DNA from: Polyangiaceae bacterium
GTDB lineage: Bacteria; Myxococcota_A; Polyangia; Polyangiales; Polyangiaceae
Direction: 5' to 3'
NCBI GenBank assembly: GCA_041389765.1
Contig: JAWKRE010000002.1
Span: 75,908-139,907 of the forward strand
DNA length: 64,000 nt
The first letter of the stretch is position 1. Every line of letters begins with the position of its first letter. Made by a program: the position numbers and the translations under genes. Shown in pieces: positions 37,629 through 47,876 of the stretch. A model generated the notes under the pieces. The model ran no database searches. It worked only from the letters and a program-made list of their open reading frames with translations, and was not told the origin of the DNA.

Positions 37629-39746
37629 TCAGCCGCACTGGCCGTTGGGGAGGCAGCGCTCGCCGGCGGCGCACTGGGTGACGTTGCAGAGGCAAAGGCC
37701 GGAGGGGACATCGCAGGAGATGGGCTGGGCAGAGCCGCCGTCGCAGTCGGCGCTGTTGTCGCAACGGCAGCTCCCGGCGGTGCAGATGAAGCCGGGGGCG
37801 CAGGAACGGCCGCAGGCGCCGCAGGCGGCAGGGTCGGTCTGGAGGTTCTTGCAGCCGGCAGGGAGGACACAGCAGGTCTCGCCGGCGCCGCAGGCAGCGC
37901 CGCCGGGGGCGGTCTCGCAGGAACAGGCGCTCTGGGCGCCGGCAGCGATGCAGCTCTCGCCAGGGTGACAGGTGACGCCGCTGCAGACGCAGAGGCCCTC
38001 TCCGGCGGCGTTCTGGCAAGAGACAGTGCCTGTGTCGACTCCGGCGTTGGCGCACTCGGCGACGGCCTGGGCAGGGTTGGCGTTGAAGCAACCACAATAT
38101 TGCTGGGCGGCGTTGCCGGCGTCGCACTCGAAGTCGTTGGTGCCGCCCTGGGCAGAGCAGCTATTGCCGCAGCCGCCGCAGCTCGTGTCGCTGGCGGTGA
38201 CGTTGGTCTCACAGCCGTTGTCGTTCATCGGGGCGGCGGGCATGGTGCAGTTGCCGAAGCCGAGATCACAGGTGGAGTCGCAGACACCGCCCGAGCAGCT
38301 CCGGGCAGCGACGTTGTTGCCGGAGCAGGTCCGGCCGCAGGCGCCGCAGTTGGTGACGCTGGTGGCGATGTTGGTCTCGCAGCCGTTCGCCATGTTGCCG
38401 TCGCAGTTGGCGAAGCCGGCGTCGCAGGCGAGGCTGCATGTGCCGTTGTTGCAGGTGGCGACAGAGCCGGGGGCGGTGGGGCAGACGTTGCCGCACGAGC
38501 CGCAGTCGGTGGGGCTCTGGGCTGTATTCACCTCGCATCCGTCGGCGGCGGCGTTGTTGCAGTTGGCGAAGCCCTGGGCGCAGGCGCCCATCGTGCAAGT
38601 GCCGTTGTTGCAGGTGGCGGCGGCGTTGGGGAAAGAGCAGGCCTGTCCACACATGCCGCAGCTCTGGAGGCTTACGGCGGTGTTGGTCTCGCAGCCGTTC
38701 GCCGCGTTGTTGTCGCAGTCCTTGAAGGAGCCGTTGCAGGTCTGGATCTGGCACGCACCGCCGGTGCAGGCGCCGGTGCCGTTCTGGGGATTGCAGGGCT
38801 GGCCGCAGGCGCCGCAGCTCGTGTTGCTGGTGGCGAGATCGGCCTCGCAGCCGTTCTGGAGGTTGTTGTCGCAGTTGCCAAAGCCGGCGTTGCAGTTGAC
38901 GGCGCACTGGCCCGAATTGCAGACGGAGGTGCCGTTGGCAGCGTTGGGGCAGGCGTTGCCGCAGCTCCCACAGGTGAGCGCGGAGGTCTGGAGGTTGGCC
39001 TCGCAGCCGTCGGCGTCGTTGGCGTTGCAGTCGTCGAAGCCGTTGTTGCAGGTGTCAATGACGCAGGCGCCGGCGGCGCAGGTGGCGCTGGCGTTGGCCA
39101 GATCGCAGGCGTCGCCGCAGAAGCCGCAGTTGTCAGGGTCGGTGTCGAGGTTGGTCTCGCAGCCGTTGGCAGGGTTGTTGTCGCAGTCGCCGGTGCCGTC
39201 AGGGCAGACGAGGACACACTTGCCGGCCTGGCAGCTCTGCGAGCCGGGGCAGGCTGTGCCGCAGTCGCCGCAGTTGTCGGGATCGGCGTCGAGGTTGGCC
39301 TCGCAGCCGTTCTGGACCTCGCCGTCGCAGTCCTCCCAGCCGGGGTCGCACGTGCCGACGGTGCACTGGCCAGACTGGCAGGCTGCCTGGGCGTGGGGGA
39401 CGACACAGGCGTTGCCGCAGGCGCCGCACTGGGCAGGATCGGCGGAGACGTCGGCCTCACAGCCGTTGTCCTGGGCGCTGTCGCAGTTGCTGAAGTTGCC
39501 GTTGCAGGTGGCGATGGCGCAGGCGCCGGCGAGGCACGTGGCGTCGGCGTTGGCGAGATCGCAGGGGGCGCAACTGTCCGCCGCGCACCCGAGCTCGGGA
39601 TCATTGGTGCCGACGCAGTCGCCGCCGCAGAGCTTGGTGCCCAGAGGACATGCCTTGAATACGTCGAAGTCCTGGACGCAGCCGGCCCCGAGGAGATAGG
39701 CGCAGAGCGCGGTGAGGGCGAGCGACAGGAGGTGGCGAGCTTTCAT
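37629..39746 (-). CDS. Cysteine-rich repeat lipoprotein (myxobacterial Cys-rich repeat family), ~13 tandem ~40-aa repeats
   Basis: Lipobox LLGAGC. Repeated NGCExNLxTDPxNCGxCGxxC units along 705 aa. Confidence 0.8.
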   Translation of the reverse strand: MKARHLLSLALTALCAYLLGAGCVQDFDVFKACPLGTKLCGGDCVGTNDPELGCAADSCAPCDLANADATCLAGACAIATCNGNFSNCDSAQDNGCEADVSADPAQCGACGNACVVPHAQAACQSGQCTVGTCDPGWEDCDGEVQNGCEANLDADPDNCGDCGTACPGSQSCQAGKCVLVCPDGTGDCDNNPANGCETNLDTDPDNCGFCGDACDLANASATCAAGACVIDTCNNGFDDCNANDADGCEANLQTSALTCGSCGNACPNAANGTSVCNSGQCAVNCNAGFGNCDNNLQNGCEADLATSNTSCGACGQPCNPQNGTGACTGGACQIQTCNGSFKDCDNNAANGCETNTAVSLQSCGMCGQACSFPNAAATCNNGTCTMGACAQGFANCNNAAADGCEVNTAQSPTDCGSCGNVCPTAPGSVATCNNGTCSLACDAGFANCDGNMANGCETNIATSVTNCGACGRTCSGNNVAARSCSGGVCDSTCDLGFGNCTMPAAPMNDNGCETNVTASDTSCGGCGNSCSAQGGTNDFECDAGNAAQQYCGCFNANPAQAVAECANAGVDTGTVSCQNAAGEGLCVCSGVTCHPGESCIAAGAQSACSCETAPGGAACGAGETCCVLPAGCKNLQTDPAACGACGRSCAPGFICTAGSCRCDNSADCDGGSAQPISCDVPSGLCLCNVTQCAAGERCLPNGQCG

Positions 39747-39755
39747 CGGGGGACC

Positions 39756-40448
39756 TCAAGGAGCCAGTTTGTAACCGTAACCGTACACCGTGAGGATGTG
39801 CTCGGGGCGATCGGGGGATTTTTCGATCTTCTTGCGCAGCTTCACGATGAAGTTGTCGACCGTGCGGTTGGAGGGGCCGCCCTCGACTCCCCAGATCTTC
39901 TGGAGGATCTCCTCGCGGCTCACGGGCTGGCCGATGCGCTCGTTGAGGAGGCGGAGGAGCTCGACCTCGTAGAAGGAGAGCTGGGCGGACTTGCCGTTGC
40001 GAGCGAGGGTGTGCGTCGTGAGGTTGACGGTGGCGAGGCCGACGGTGAAGACCTCGGGGGCTGTCTCGGCAGGGCGGGCGGCGCGGCGGAAGATGGCGCG
40101 GATGCGGGCGATGAGCTCGCCGACGCTGAAAGGCTTGGTGACGTAGTCGTCGGCGCCGGAGTCGAGGCCGCGGATCTTGTCGACCTCCTGGCTGCGGGCT
40201 GTGAGCATGAGGATGGGGACGAAGGCGTCCCAGCGGCGGAGCTCCTCGCAGACCTTGAAGCCGTTGGTGTCGGGGAGCATCAGGTCGAGGAGGATGGCGT
40301 CAGGCTTGTGCTGGCGGGCGAGCTGGACGCCGTCCTTGCCCTTGCCGGCGGAGACGACCGAGAAACCCTCGAACTCGAGGGCGTCGGTGAGGCCGAGCAC
40401 GATGTGCGGCTCGTCCTCGATGATGAGGATCTTCTTTCTGGCCGTCAC
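39756..40448 (-). CDS. OmpR-family response regulator
   Basis: Receiver domain (ILIIEDEP...[11 protein letters not shown]...KPF) and winged-helix output ([11 protein letters not shown]). Confidence 0.9.
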   Translation of the reverse strand: MTARKKILIIEDEPHIVLGLTDALEFEGFSVVSAGKGKDGVQLARQHKPDAILLDLMLPDTNGFKVCEELRRWDAFVPILMLTARSQEVDKIRGLDSGADDYVTKPFSVGELIARIRAIFRRAARPAETAPEVFTVGLATVNLTTHTLARNGKSAQLSFYEVELLRLLNERIGQPVSREEILQKIWGVEGGPSNRTVDNFIVKLRKKIEKSPDRPEHILTVYGYGYKLAP

Positions 40449-40499
40449 GCGCCCCCTTTTACACCGAGCGCGCGCCGGGAGCGAAGAGGTGTGCGCGGC

Positions 40500-43088
40500 T
40501 CACCCGGGGCGTTGCTCGGGGCGGCGAGGGAGGCGGACGACGAAGGTGGTGGTGTCGCTCGCGGCGTCGGGCTCGGCGGTGATGGCGCCGCGGTGGGCGA
40601 GGACGATCTGCTGGGTGATGTAGAGGCCGAGGCCGAGGCCGCGGCTGCCCGCCCTGCGGCGCGTGGCGGTGCGGAAGGGCTCGAACAGGACCGGCAGGAT
40701 CTCGGGGACGATGGCGCGGTCGTTGGTGATGCGCAGGACGACGTCGTCGTGATCGGTGCCGTCGAGGAGGACGCGCGGGACGGAGGCGGGGGCGCTGTGG
40801 TGGATGGCGTTGCCGGCGAGGTTGGAGACGACCTGGGCGAGGCGATCCGGATCCCACACGCCGCGGGCGTCGCCGGCGATCTCGAAGGCGATCGCGCGGC
40901 CGGGGTGGGCGTCCTCGATCTCGCCGAGCACGCGGCGGCAGAGCTCGGCGAGGTCCATGTCCTGGGGATCGACGGGGAAGCGGGTGCCGGAGCGAGAGCG
41001 CGTGAAGTCGAGGAGCTGCTCGATCATGCGGGTCATGCGCTCGCCGGCCGAGACGACGCGCGTCAGGGGGCGGCGGAGGCGATCGCCCTCGTCGCGGCGG
41101 AGGGCGACCTGCGCGGTGCTCATGATGGCGGCGAGGGGGTTGCGCAGATCGTGGCCGACGACGGCGGCGAACAGCTCGTTGAGGCGCACCGTCTGGCTGA
41201 GCTCCTGGATGAGGCGCTCCTTCTCGGCCTGCGCGAGCTTCTTGCCGGCGCCGGCGGCGATCTGATCGGCGATGCTGCGGGCGACGCTCCTGCCGCGATC
41301 CGACAGCGTGCGAGCCTCGGACCAGTAGAGCGTGAGCTTGCCGAGGAGGTGGCCCTCGTACGTGAGGGGCACGGAGGCGAGGGCGGCGATCGGCTCGCGG
41401 GCGACGAGATCGGCGTAGGGGGAGACCCGCGGGGAGCTGGCGGCGTCGTTGATGAACACGGGCTCGGGGTCGCGCTCGCCGAGGCTCCACGGCGCGCCGG
41501 AGGTGACGGCGGCGATGTATTCGGCGGAGAGGCCGCGGGAGGCTTCGACGCGGGGATCGCCCTCGGGATCGAAGAAGACGATCGACGCGCGCGGGGCGCC
41601 GAGCGAGCCCTGGATCGCGTCGAGCGAGGCGTCGTAGACGGCCTGCACGGAGCTCGCGCGGTTGACGGCGTCGGTGAGGCGGTAGAGGAGGCTCGTCTCC
41701 TGGTAGGCGAGCTCGGCCTCGCGGAGGAGGCGCGCCCGTTCGAGGGCCTGCGCGGAGTGGCGGGCGACGACGACGAGCGTGGAGCGGTCGTCCTCGATGA
41801 AGGTGCTGGGGCCGGCGAAGGAGAAGGCGAGGGCGCCGATGCGGCGGTCCTCCACGGCGAGAGGGAGGGCGGCGATGGCGCGGACCTGCGACGTGGAGCG
41901 CGGGCCGGTGGAGAGGAGGGCGGGCGCCCACACAGGCATGCCCGTGGCGAGGGCGCGCGCGACGGGGGTGGAGCCGGAGCCGTCGAGGCGGATGCTGTCG
42001 ACGTCGATGCGCTCGCCGGCGGCGGAGGAGCTGCGCACGACGTTGGCGGTGCGGCCGTCCTCGTCGACGAGCCAGAGGGCGGCGGCGCGTGTCTGGAGGG
42101 ACTCGCCGGCGCGATCGACGACGGCTTCGAGCACCTCGTCGGGGGTGACGGCGTCGGCGAGCGCGGCCGTGATGCGCAGGAGCTGCTCGGTGCGCTCGGA
42201 CCAGCGCGCGCGCTCCTGCTCCATGCGCTTCTGATCCGAGATGTCCGTCACCAGCGCGACGAGGCCGAGGACGGAGCGATCCGGGCCGAGGTGAGGGACA
42301 TACGTGGCGTCGACGTGGCGCACGCCCCCGAGGCGGTAGGGCAGCGGCGCGGTGTAGTGTCCCGTGTCGCCGTCGAGCGCGCGCTGGAGGTGCGGGCGGA
42401 GCAGCTCGAAGGCGGCGTCGCCGAGGACGGCGCGGAGGGGGCGACCCTCGATGTCCGCGCGGGGGAGGCCGAACCACCGCTCGTACGAGAGGTTCACGAA
42501 GCGATAGCGGAGCTGGGGATCGATGTAGGCGATGAGCGCGGGCACCGAGTCGGTGATGATGTGGAGGCGCTCCTCGACGTGCTTGAGCTCGGTGATGTCG
42601 GCGAAGACGCCGAGCGCGCCCTCGATCTCCCCGCGCTTGTTGACGATGGGGGCGCAGCTCCCGAGGAGGATGCCGTGCGTGCCGTCGAAGCGCTGGAAGT
42701 GGACCTCCTCGGCCTCGACGACCTCGCGGTTGGTGAGGCACCGCGCCATGGACCAGTCCCCCGGGCCGTAGGGGCGGCCGTCGGGGTGAAACGCGCGGTA
42801 GACGCCCCAGCCATCGACGCTGTCGATGGTCGCGCTGCCGGCCCAGATGCGCTCCGCCGCGCGGTTTTGCAGGACGAAGCCGCCGCGCACGTCGCTGACG
42901 ATGATGCCGTGTGGGCTGTGGTGGAGGAGAGCCTCCAGAAGGGCCATGTCGCCGCCCGCGAGGGCGCGCCATCGCTCGATGTCACGGCGCAGCGACTGGA
43001 TCTCGCGCTGCATCCGGGCCACGGAGGTCTCCGTCTCGGCGGCGCTCTCCCCGTCGGGAACGAGGCTCGGTAGCTCGGCCTTGTCCAT
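40500..43088 (-). CDS. Sensor histidine kinase with PAS and GAF domains (cytoplasmic)
   Basis: Multiple PAS/GAF-like segments, HisKA H-box (VVGHDLRNPLAAI) and HATPase_c (NLAGNAIHHS...GLGLGLYI). Start assumed at MDKAEL. The track ORF extends to 43163. Confidence 0.85.
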   Translation of the reverse strand: MDKAELPSLVPDGESAAETETSVARMQREIQSLRRDIERWRALAGGDMALLEALLHHSPHGIIVSDVRGGFVLQNRAAERIWAGSATIDSVDGWGVYRAFHPDGRPYGPGDWSMARCLTNREVVEAEEVHFQRFDGTHGILLGSCAPIVNKRGEIEGALGVFADITELKHVEERLHIITDSVPALIAYIDPQLRYRFVNLSYERWFGLPRADIEGRPLRAVLGDAAFELLRPHLQRALDGDTGHYTAPLPYRLGGVRHVDATYVPHLGPDRSVLGLVALVTDISDQKRMEQERARWSERTEQLLRITAALADAVTPDEVLEAVVDRAGESLQTRAAALWLVDEDGRTANVVRSSSAAGERIDVDSIRLDGSGSTPVARALATGMPVWAPALLSTGPRSTSQVRAIAALPLAVEDRRIGALAFSFAGPSTFIEDDRSTLVVVARHSAQALERARLLREAELAYQETSLLYRLTDAVNRASSVQAVYDASLDAIQGSLGAPRASIVFFDPEGDPRVEASRGLSAEYIAAVTSGAPWSLGERDPEPVFINDAASSPRVSPYADLVAREPIAALASVPLTYEGHLLGKLTLYWSEARTLSDRGRSVARSIADQIAAGAGKKLAQAEKERLIQELSQTVRLNELFAAVVGHDLRNPLAAIMSTAQVALRRDEGDRLRRPLTRVVSAGERMTRMIEQLLDFTRSRSGTRFPVDPQDMDLAELCRRVLGEIEDAHPGRAIAFEIAGDARGVWDPDRLAQVVSNLAGNAIHHSAPASVPRVLLDGTDHDDVVLRITNDRAIVPEILPVLFEPFRTATRRRAGSRGLGLGLYITQQIVLAHRGAITAEPDAASDTTTFVVRLPRRPEQRPG

Positions 43089-43383
43089 TGGTGTTTCCCC
43101 GCTTCCCACGACCCTCGCCGGTGAAAACTGAGCCCGTCTCGGCGATGGTTCACGATCGGTCAAACGGTCATGGAACGCAATCGCTCAGACCATCGATTTT
43201 GCGCGATGGAGCACGCAAGAGCGTTGTCTAGAAGCCGGCGGACTTGCGGTGCTCGTGAATGCACGCAATGACGTTGAGGGTGCGCACAGGCTGTTTCCTG
43301 AAACGAATTTCGTGCGTTGCGAGAAGCGGAATCGGAGCGGAACTGGCATTGTCAAGTCGGCTGTTCCCGTTACTTCTGCAAGA

Positions 43384-44298
43384 ATGAAATCTTCCACTCT
43401 CGATGTTCTGGTCACGGGCGCCACCGGGAAGCAGGGCGGGGCTGTCGTTCGGCATCTTCTGGCGAGGGGGCACCGCGTGCGCGCTCTCTGCCGGCGCCCC
43501 AGCTCGCCGCGCGCAGAGGCGCTGTCTGCGGCGGGGGTGCGCGTCTTTCAGGGGGATCTCGACGATCGCTCGTCGATCGATCGGGCCATCTCGGGGGCCT
43601 ACGGGGTGTTCAGCGTTCAGGACTACTGGGATGGCGCGCCCGAGAAGACGCTGGGCCCGGTGGGGGAGGAGCGACAGGGGCGCAACGTGCTCGACGCGGC
43701 GCGGATCGCGGGGGTGCGGCACGTGGTGCAGGCCTCGGGCGCGGGCGTGACGACGGCGCCGTACCTGGCGGCGAACCGGGGAAAGGCGGCCATCGAGCGG
43801 TACGGGCGGTCGCTCGGGATCCCGTTCACGGTGATCCGCGGGGCGTATTTCATGGAGAACTTCGACGACCCCAAGATGCCGATGCTGGCGGGGCTGCTTC
43901 AGGGGCAGCTCTGCTTGCCGTTCGACGCGGACACGCGGCTGCAGATGGTCGCGTGCGATGACGTGGGGGCGCTCGCGACGCTGGCGTTCGAGCGGACGGA
44001 GGAGCTCGGGACGTCCACGTTCGACGCGGCGGGGGACGAGCTGTCGATGGTGCAGATCGCGGAGACGTTCTCGCGGGTGATGGGGCGCGAGGTGCGGTTC
44101 GCCGGCGGGTCGGACGGGCTCGTGGAGGTGCGGAAGAGCGATCCCGACATGGCGGATCTCTTCGCGAGCGTGAACGAGCTGGGGTTCCTCGCGTTCATCC
44201 CGGCGCTGCGCGCGCTGCTGCCGGAGCTGACGACGCTGGAGACGTACCTGCGGCGCGCGGGCTGGGGCGAGCGGGGGACCTCCGGGCTCGCGGCGTGA
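43384..44298 (+). CDS. NmrA-family NAD(P)-binding protein
   Basis: VLVTGATGKQGGAVVRHLLARGHRVRAL Rossmann motif and overall NmrA-like layout. Confidence 0.8.
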   Translation: MKSSTLDVLVTGATGKQGGAVVRHLLARGHRVRALCRRPSSPRAEALSAAGVRVFQGDLDDRSSIDRAISGAYGVFSVQDYWDGAPEKTLGPVGEERQGRNVLDAARIAGVRHVVQASGAGVTTAPYLAANRGKAAIERYGRSLGIPFTVIRGAYFMENFDDPKMPMLAGLLQGQLCLPFDADTRLQMVACDDVGALATLAFERTEELGTSTFDAAGDELSMVQIAETFSRVMGREVRFAGGSDGLVEVRKSDPDMADLFASVNELGFLAFIPALRALLPELTTLETYLRRAGWGERGTSGLAA

Positions 44299-44371
44299 CG
44301 GGCGGCTGCGAAGAGGAGCGGGCGCGGGGATGGCGCGGCGGCCGGGGGCGCGCGTTGCTTCCGGCAGGTCG

Positions 44372-46117
44372 CTACTTGCGGAACGCGTCGCGCACGAGGT
44401 GGATGAGCGTGGTGAGGACGCCCGCGACGAGGAGGACGGCGGCGAGCGTCTCCTGCGCGTGCGCCGCGAGGAGGAGCGCGCCGCTCACGAGGAACGCGAA
44501 CGAGAGGAGGCCCGCCAGCACGCGCGCGCCGAGGCGATCCACGGCGGGCTTGAGGTGCGGCTCGTTGATGACGAGCGAGAGGCGGCCGAGGCGGAGGTCG
44601 TCGAGGATCTCGCGGGTGAGGGGCGGCAGCTCGTAGGCGGCGCTGCTGAGGCGCTCGACGCCGCGGTAGAGGTCCATCGTGAGGCGCTCGGGCGAGTAGC
44701 GCTTCTTGAGGAGATCGAGGAAGTAGGGGCGGGCCTCGCCGTACACGTCGAGGTCGGGGTCGATCTCCTTTCCGACGCCCTCGACGGTCATCAACGCCTT
44801 GCCCACGAGGAGGAAGTCGGGCGGGATCTCCAGGCCGTATTTGGTGGCGCCGTACACGAGGTCGCCGATCATCGCGGAGAGGTTGATCTCCTTGAGCGGC
44901 TTGCCGAGGTACTTCTCGCTCAGCATGGCGACCTCGGCGCGGTACGCGCGCATGTCGACCTTCTTGGTCGGCGTGGCGATGGCGTAGAGCGCGTCGGCGA
45001 TGCCCACGTAGTCCTGGCGGACGGCGGCGACCATGAGATCCACCGTCTTCTCGCGCATCTCGGGGGAGAGGCGGCCGACCATGCCGAGGTCGATGAAGCC
45101 GATGGAGGGCTTCGCCGGCGTGCCCATGATGAAGAGGTTGCCGGGGTGCGGATCGGCGTGAAAAAAGCCGTCCTCGAAGATCATCTTGATGATGATCCCC
45201 ACGCTCACCTTCGCGATCTCGGGGCCGGCGAAGCCTCGATCGCGGACGGCGTCGTAGATCTTGTAGCCGTCGAAGAACTCGAGCGTGAGGACGCGGTTGG
45301 TGGTGGCCTGCTTGTAGACGGTGGGGAAGCGGGCGACCTCCTTGCCTGCGAAGTTCTTGGAGAATCGCTCGGAGTGCTCGGCCTCCAGCTTGAAGTCGAG
45401 CTCGCTCGTGATCGCGCGCTCGAACTGATCCACGAGGGCGACGGGGGAGTAGATCTTCGACTCGGGGATGGCGCGCTCGATGAGGCCCGCGAGCATGTGG
45501 AGCAGCTCCAGATCGCGCGCGACGGTCTCGCGGACGGCGGGGCGCTGGATCTTGACGACGACCTCTTTGGGGCCCGTCTCGTGGCGGAGGACCGCGCGGT
45601 GCACCTGGCCGATCGACGCGGCGGCGAGGGGCTTCTCGTCGAAGCGATCGAACACGTCGGCGATGGGGGCGCCGAGCGAGGACTCGACGGCGGCCTTGAT
45701 GTCCTCGAAGGGGAGGGGAGGGACCTCGTCTTGCAGCTTCTTCAGCTCGCGGATCCACTCGGCGGGGAGGATGTCGGGGCGGGTCGAGGCGATCTGGCCG
45801 AGCTTCACGAACGAGGGGCCGAGATCGATGAGGACGAGGCGGCCGCGCTCGGGGAGCGAGATGGTGCGGCGCTCCTTCTCGCCGCGCTCGGCCTCGTCAT
45901 CGGGGACGGTGAGGGCGGCGGCCTCGTCGCCGAGGAGCGCGCTGCCGGCGGCGGGGAGCTTGGCGGGCTCGTCGGGGCCCTCGACCTGCGCGGCCTTCTT
46001 GCGGGCGCCGCCGAAGCCGAGGCGCTGGGCGATCTCGCCGAACCCGTGGCGAACGAGCACGAGGTAGATCTGGCGGAGGCGGTTGAGGTCGCGGACGGCT
46101 CCGAGGATCGACGGCAT
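44372..46117 (-). CDS. ubiB: UbiB/ABC1 (AarF-domain) atypical kinase
   Basis: ASIGQVHRA...VVKIQRP...FHADPHPGNL...IDLG motifs. C-terminal TM helices. Confidence 0.85.
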   Translation of the reverse strand: MPSILGAVRDLNRLRQIYLVLVRHGFGEIAQRLGFGGARKKAAQVEGPDEPAKLPAAGSALLGDEAAALTVPDDEAERGEKERRTISLPERGRLVLIDLGPSFVKLGQIASTRPDILPAEWIRELKKLQDEVPPLPFEDIKAAVESSLGAPIADVFDRFDEKPLAAASIGQVHRAVLRHETGPKEVVVKIQRPAVRETVARDLELLHMLAGLIERAIPESKIYSPVALVDQFERAITSELDFKLEAEHSERFSKNFAGKEVARFPTVYKQATTNRVLTLEFFDGYKIYDAVRDRGFAGPEIAKVSVGIIIKMIFEDGFFHADPHPGNLFIMGTPAKPSIGFIDLGMVGRLSPEMREKTVDLMVAAVRQDYVGIADALYAIATPTKKVDMRAYRAEVAMLSEKYLGKPLKEINLSAMIGDLVYGATKYGLEIPPDFLLVGKALMTVEGVGKEIDPDLDVYGEARPYFLDLLKKRYSPERLTMDLYRGVERLSSAAYELPPLTREILDDLRLGRLSLVINEPHLKPAVDRLGARVLAGLLSFAFLVSGALLLAAHAQETLAAVLLVAGVLTTLIHLVRDAFRK

Positions 46118-46140
46118 GGGGTCAGGGGGTTAGCACCGAT

Positions 46141-46363
46141 GCTGGTCAGATTGCGAGGCGCTGGGCGGACGCCGCGCGGCGCTGCCATGCAAGGCGGGCG
46201 TCCCGACGGTCTCGCCGAGCTCTCGTTTTCGCCTGGCTGCGCTCGCCACGGAACACCTTGGATCGAAGCCGGATGCGCCACGCCTTTCGCGTTTCCGCTT
46301 GGCGGCGGGCCGCGCCACGTGGGAGGTGCTTCCAAGGCTGGAACGGTGCTTCGCAGCACGCGG
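46141..46363 (-). repeat. Copy 3 of ~220-nt dispersed repeat, sense to and ~25 nt upstream of ubiB start
   Basis: The reverse complement aligns collinearly with copies 1 and 2 (CTGGATCTACC...CTTGGAAGCACC...GGCGAAAACGAGAGCTCGGCGAGACCGTCGGGACGCCCGCCTTGCATGGCAGCGCCGCGCGGCGTCC). Confidence 0.7.
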
Positions 46364-46404
46364 TAGATCCAGCCGCGGGCTCCTATCGGGTCCGCGCAGG
46401 CCGA

Positions 46405-47748
46405 TCAGCGCACGCGGATGACGGTGCCGGGCTCGTGCGGCATCGGGAGCGACGCGGTCCATCCGGCGGGGAGGCGCGGGCCGGTCCACCAGAAGAGGCG
46501 CTGCGCGTCGAGCGGGGCGAGGTTCACGCAGCCGTGGCTGCGCACGTTGCCGAAGGAGCGGTGCCAGTACGCGCCGTGAAGGCCGACGCCCTTCGAGAAG
46601 AACTGCGGGTACGGGACGCTCTCCATGCGGTAGTAGCGCGAGGCGTTCTCGTCTTCGAGGTTGTCCATGTCGGTGGCGAGCAGCTTGATCCAGATGCGGT
46701 GCGTGCCGATGGGCGTGGCGTTGGCGCTGCCCTGCTTGCCCTTGCCCGTGGAGACGAGCGTCGCGAACACGGGTTTGTTGCCCTCGTAGGCGACGAGGGT
46801 CTGCGTGGCGAGCTCCACGTCGATCCACTTCTCGCCGGCCTCGGCGTCGATCTCGGGGGGCGGCTCCGCGACCGAGGGGCGGCGCACGTCCTTCGCCGAG
46901 AGCCACTGCGAGGGGCCGATGCGGAGGTGGCGCGCGCCCTTCGACTCCTCCAGCACGGGCACGATCTCGAAGCGGGTGCGGCTCTCCGATGTGTACACAC
47001 CGCCGGGGGTCTTGTGTACACGTGCGCGCTCGGGGAGCACCCAGGCGAAGGGCATCCCGCCGGCCTTCGGGAGCGCGTGCGCGCCGGGGAGGACCTCGCC
47101 CTGGAAGGCGGACGGGCGCGAGGCGCCGAGGTCGCGCATGGGGACCCACAGGTTGTGCGAGGTGCGCGCGTAGAGGCCGCCGTCGAAGGTCTTCTCCTCG
47201 ATGACGGCGACGGCGAACCCGGGGTCGAGCTGCATGACGGGCTCGCCGATGTCGACGGACTCCAGGCGGCGGTACGCGGACGAGCCGTCGGGGCCGACGA
47301 AGTAGTAGCGGTAGGGCAGGCCGTTCTTGGGGTCCGCGAAGGTGTGGAGGCCGGCGGCGACGGGGTCGTTGCCGGACAGCTCCAGCGCGCCGTCGCAGAT
47401 CCACGCGAAGGCGCCGACGTTGATCCAGCGGCCGTCGCACCCCTGGCCGTACCGCGCCGCGAACACGGGGAGGCGCGCCTCGCGGCCGGCGGCCCCGCGC
47501 TTCTTCCCCGACTTCGACGGCGTCGCGAAGATGGGCTCATCGGCGCGGAGCACGCGCGCGCTCTTCACCCACGAGGGCAGGGGGACATCGCCCTTCACGA
47601 CCCACGGCGCGCCCAGCTTTCGAGGCGAGTCTGCGGGTGCGGGCGTGGTGAGCGGCTCGGGCGCGCCGAGCGCAGCGGTGGTCGTCGCGAGGAGCGCGAG
47701 CGCGGAGAGCGCTAGCCTAGAGAGCCTGCTGTACACCACGAAATGCAC
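46405..47748 (-). CDS. L,D-transpeptidase (YkuD domain) with signal peptide
   Basis: HGAYWHRSFGNVRSHGCVNL catalytic His/Cys motif. N-terminal signal peptide. Confidence 0.8.
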   Translation of the reverse strand: MHFVVYSRLSRLALSALALLATTTAALGAPEPLTTPAPADSPRKLGAPWVVKGDVPLPSWVKSARVLRADEPIFATPSKSGKKRGAAGREARLPVFAARYGQGCDGRWINVGAFAWICDGALELSGNDPVAAGLHTFADPKNGLPYRYYFVGPDGSSAYRRLESVDIGEPVMQLDPGFAVAVIEEKTFDGGLYARTSHNLWVPMRDLGASRPSAFQGEVLPGAHALPKAGGMPFAWVLPERARVHKTPGGVYTSESRTRFEIVPVLEESKGARHLRIGPSQWLSAKDVRRPSVAEPPPEIDAEAGEKWIDVELATQTLVAYEGNKPVFATLVSTGKGKQGSANATPIGTHRIWIKLLATDMDNLEDENASRYYRMESVPYPQFFSKGVGLHGAYWHRSFGNVRSHGCVNLAPLDAQRLFWWTGPRLPAGWTASLPMPHEPGTVIRVR

Positions 47749-47876
47749 CGGAGCTCGCGGAGGTGCCCGCGTGGGGTGGGGACCCCGACGGGTCCCCCGG
47801 CGGGGCGGGGCGGCGCGTGCCGCCCCGAGATGGGCAAGACTGAAAGGCTGGGGTTTTTGAAGAAAACCCCAGCCTT

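Noticed and set aside
43180-43384. Possible sigma-54 or other promoter and a sixth repeat copy upstream of the NmrA gene
   Set aside because: Only scattered short matches (GTGAATGC..TTGAG..TGTTTC..GAATCGG). Too weak to call without an alignment tool.
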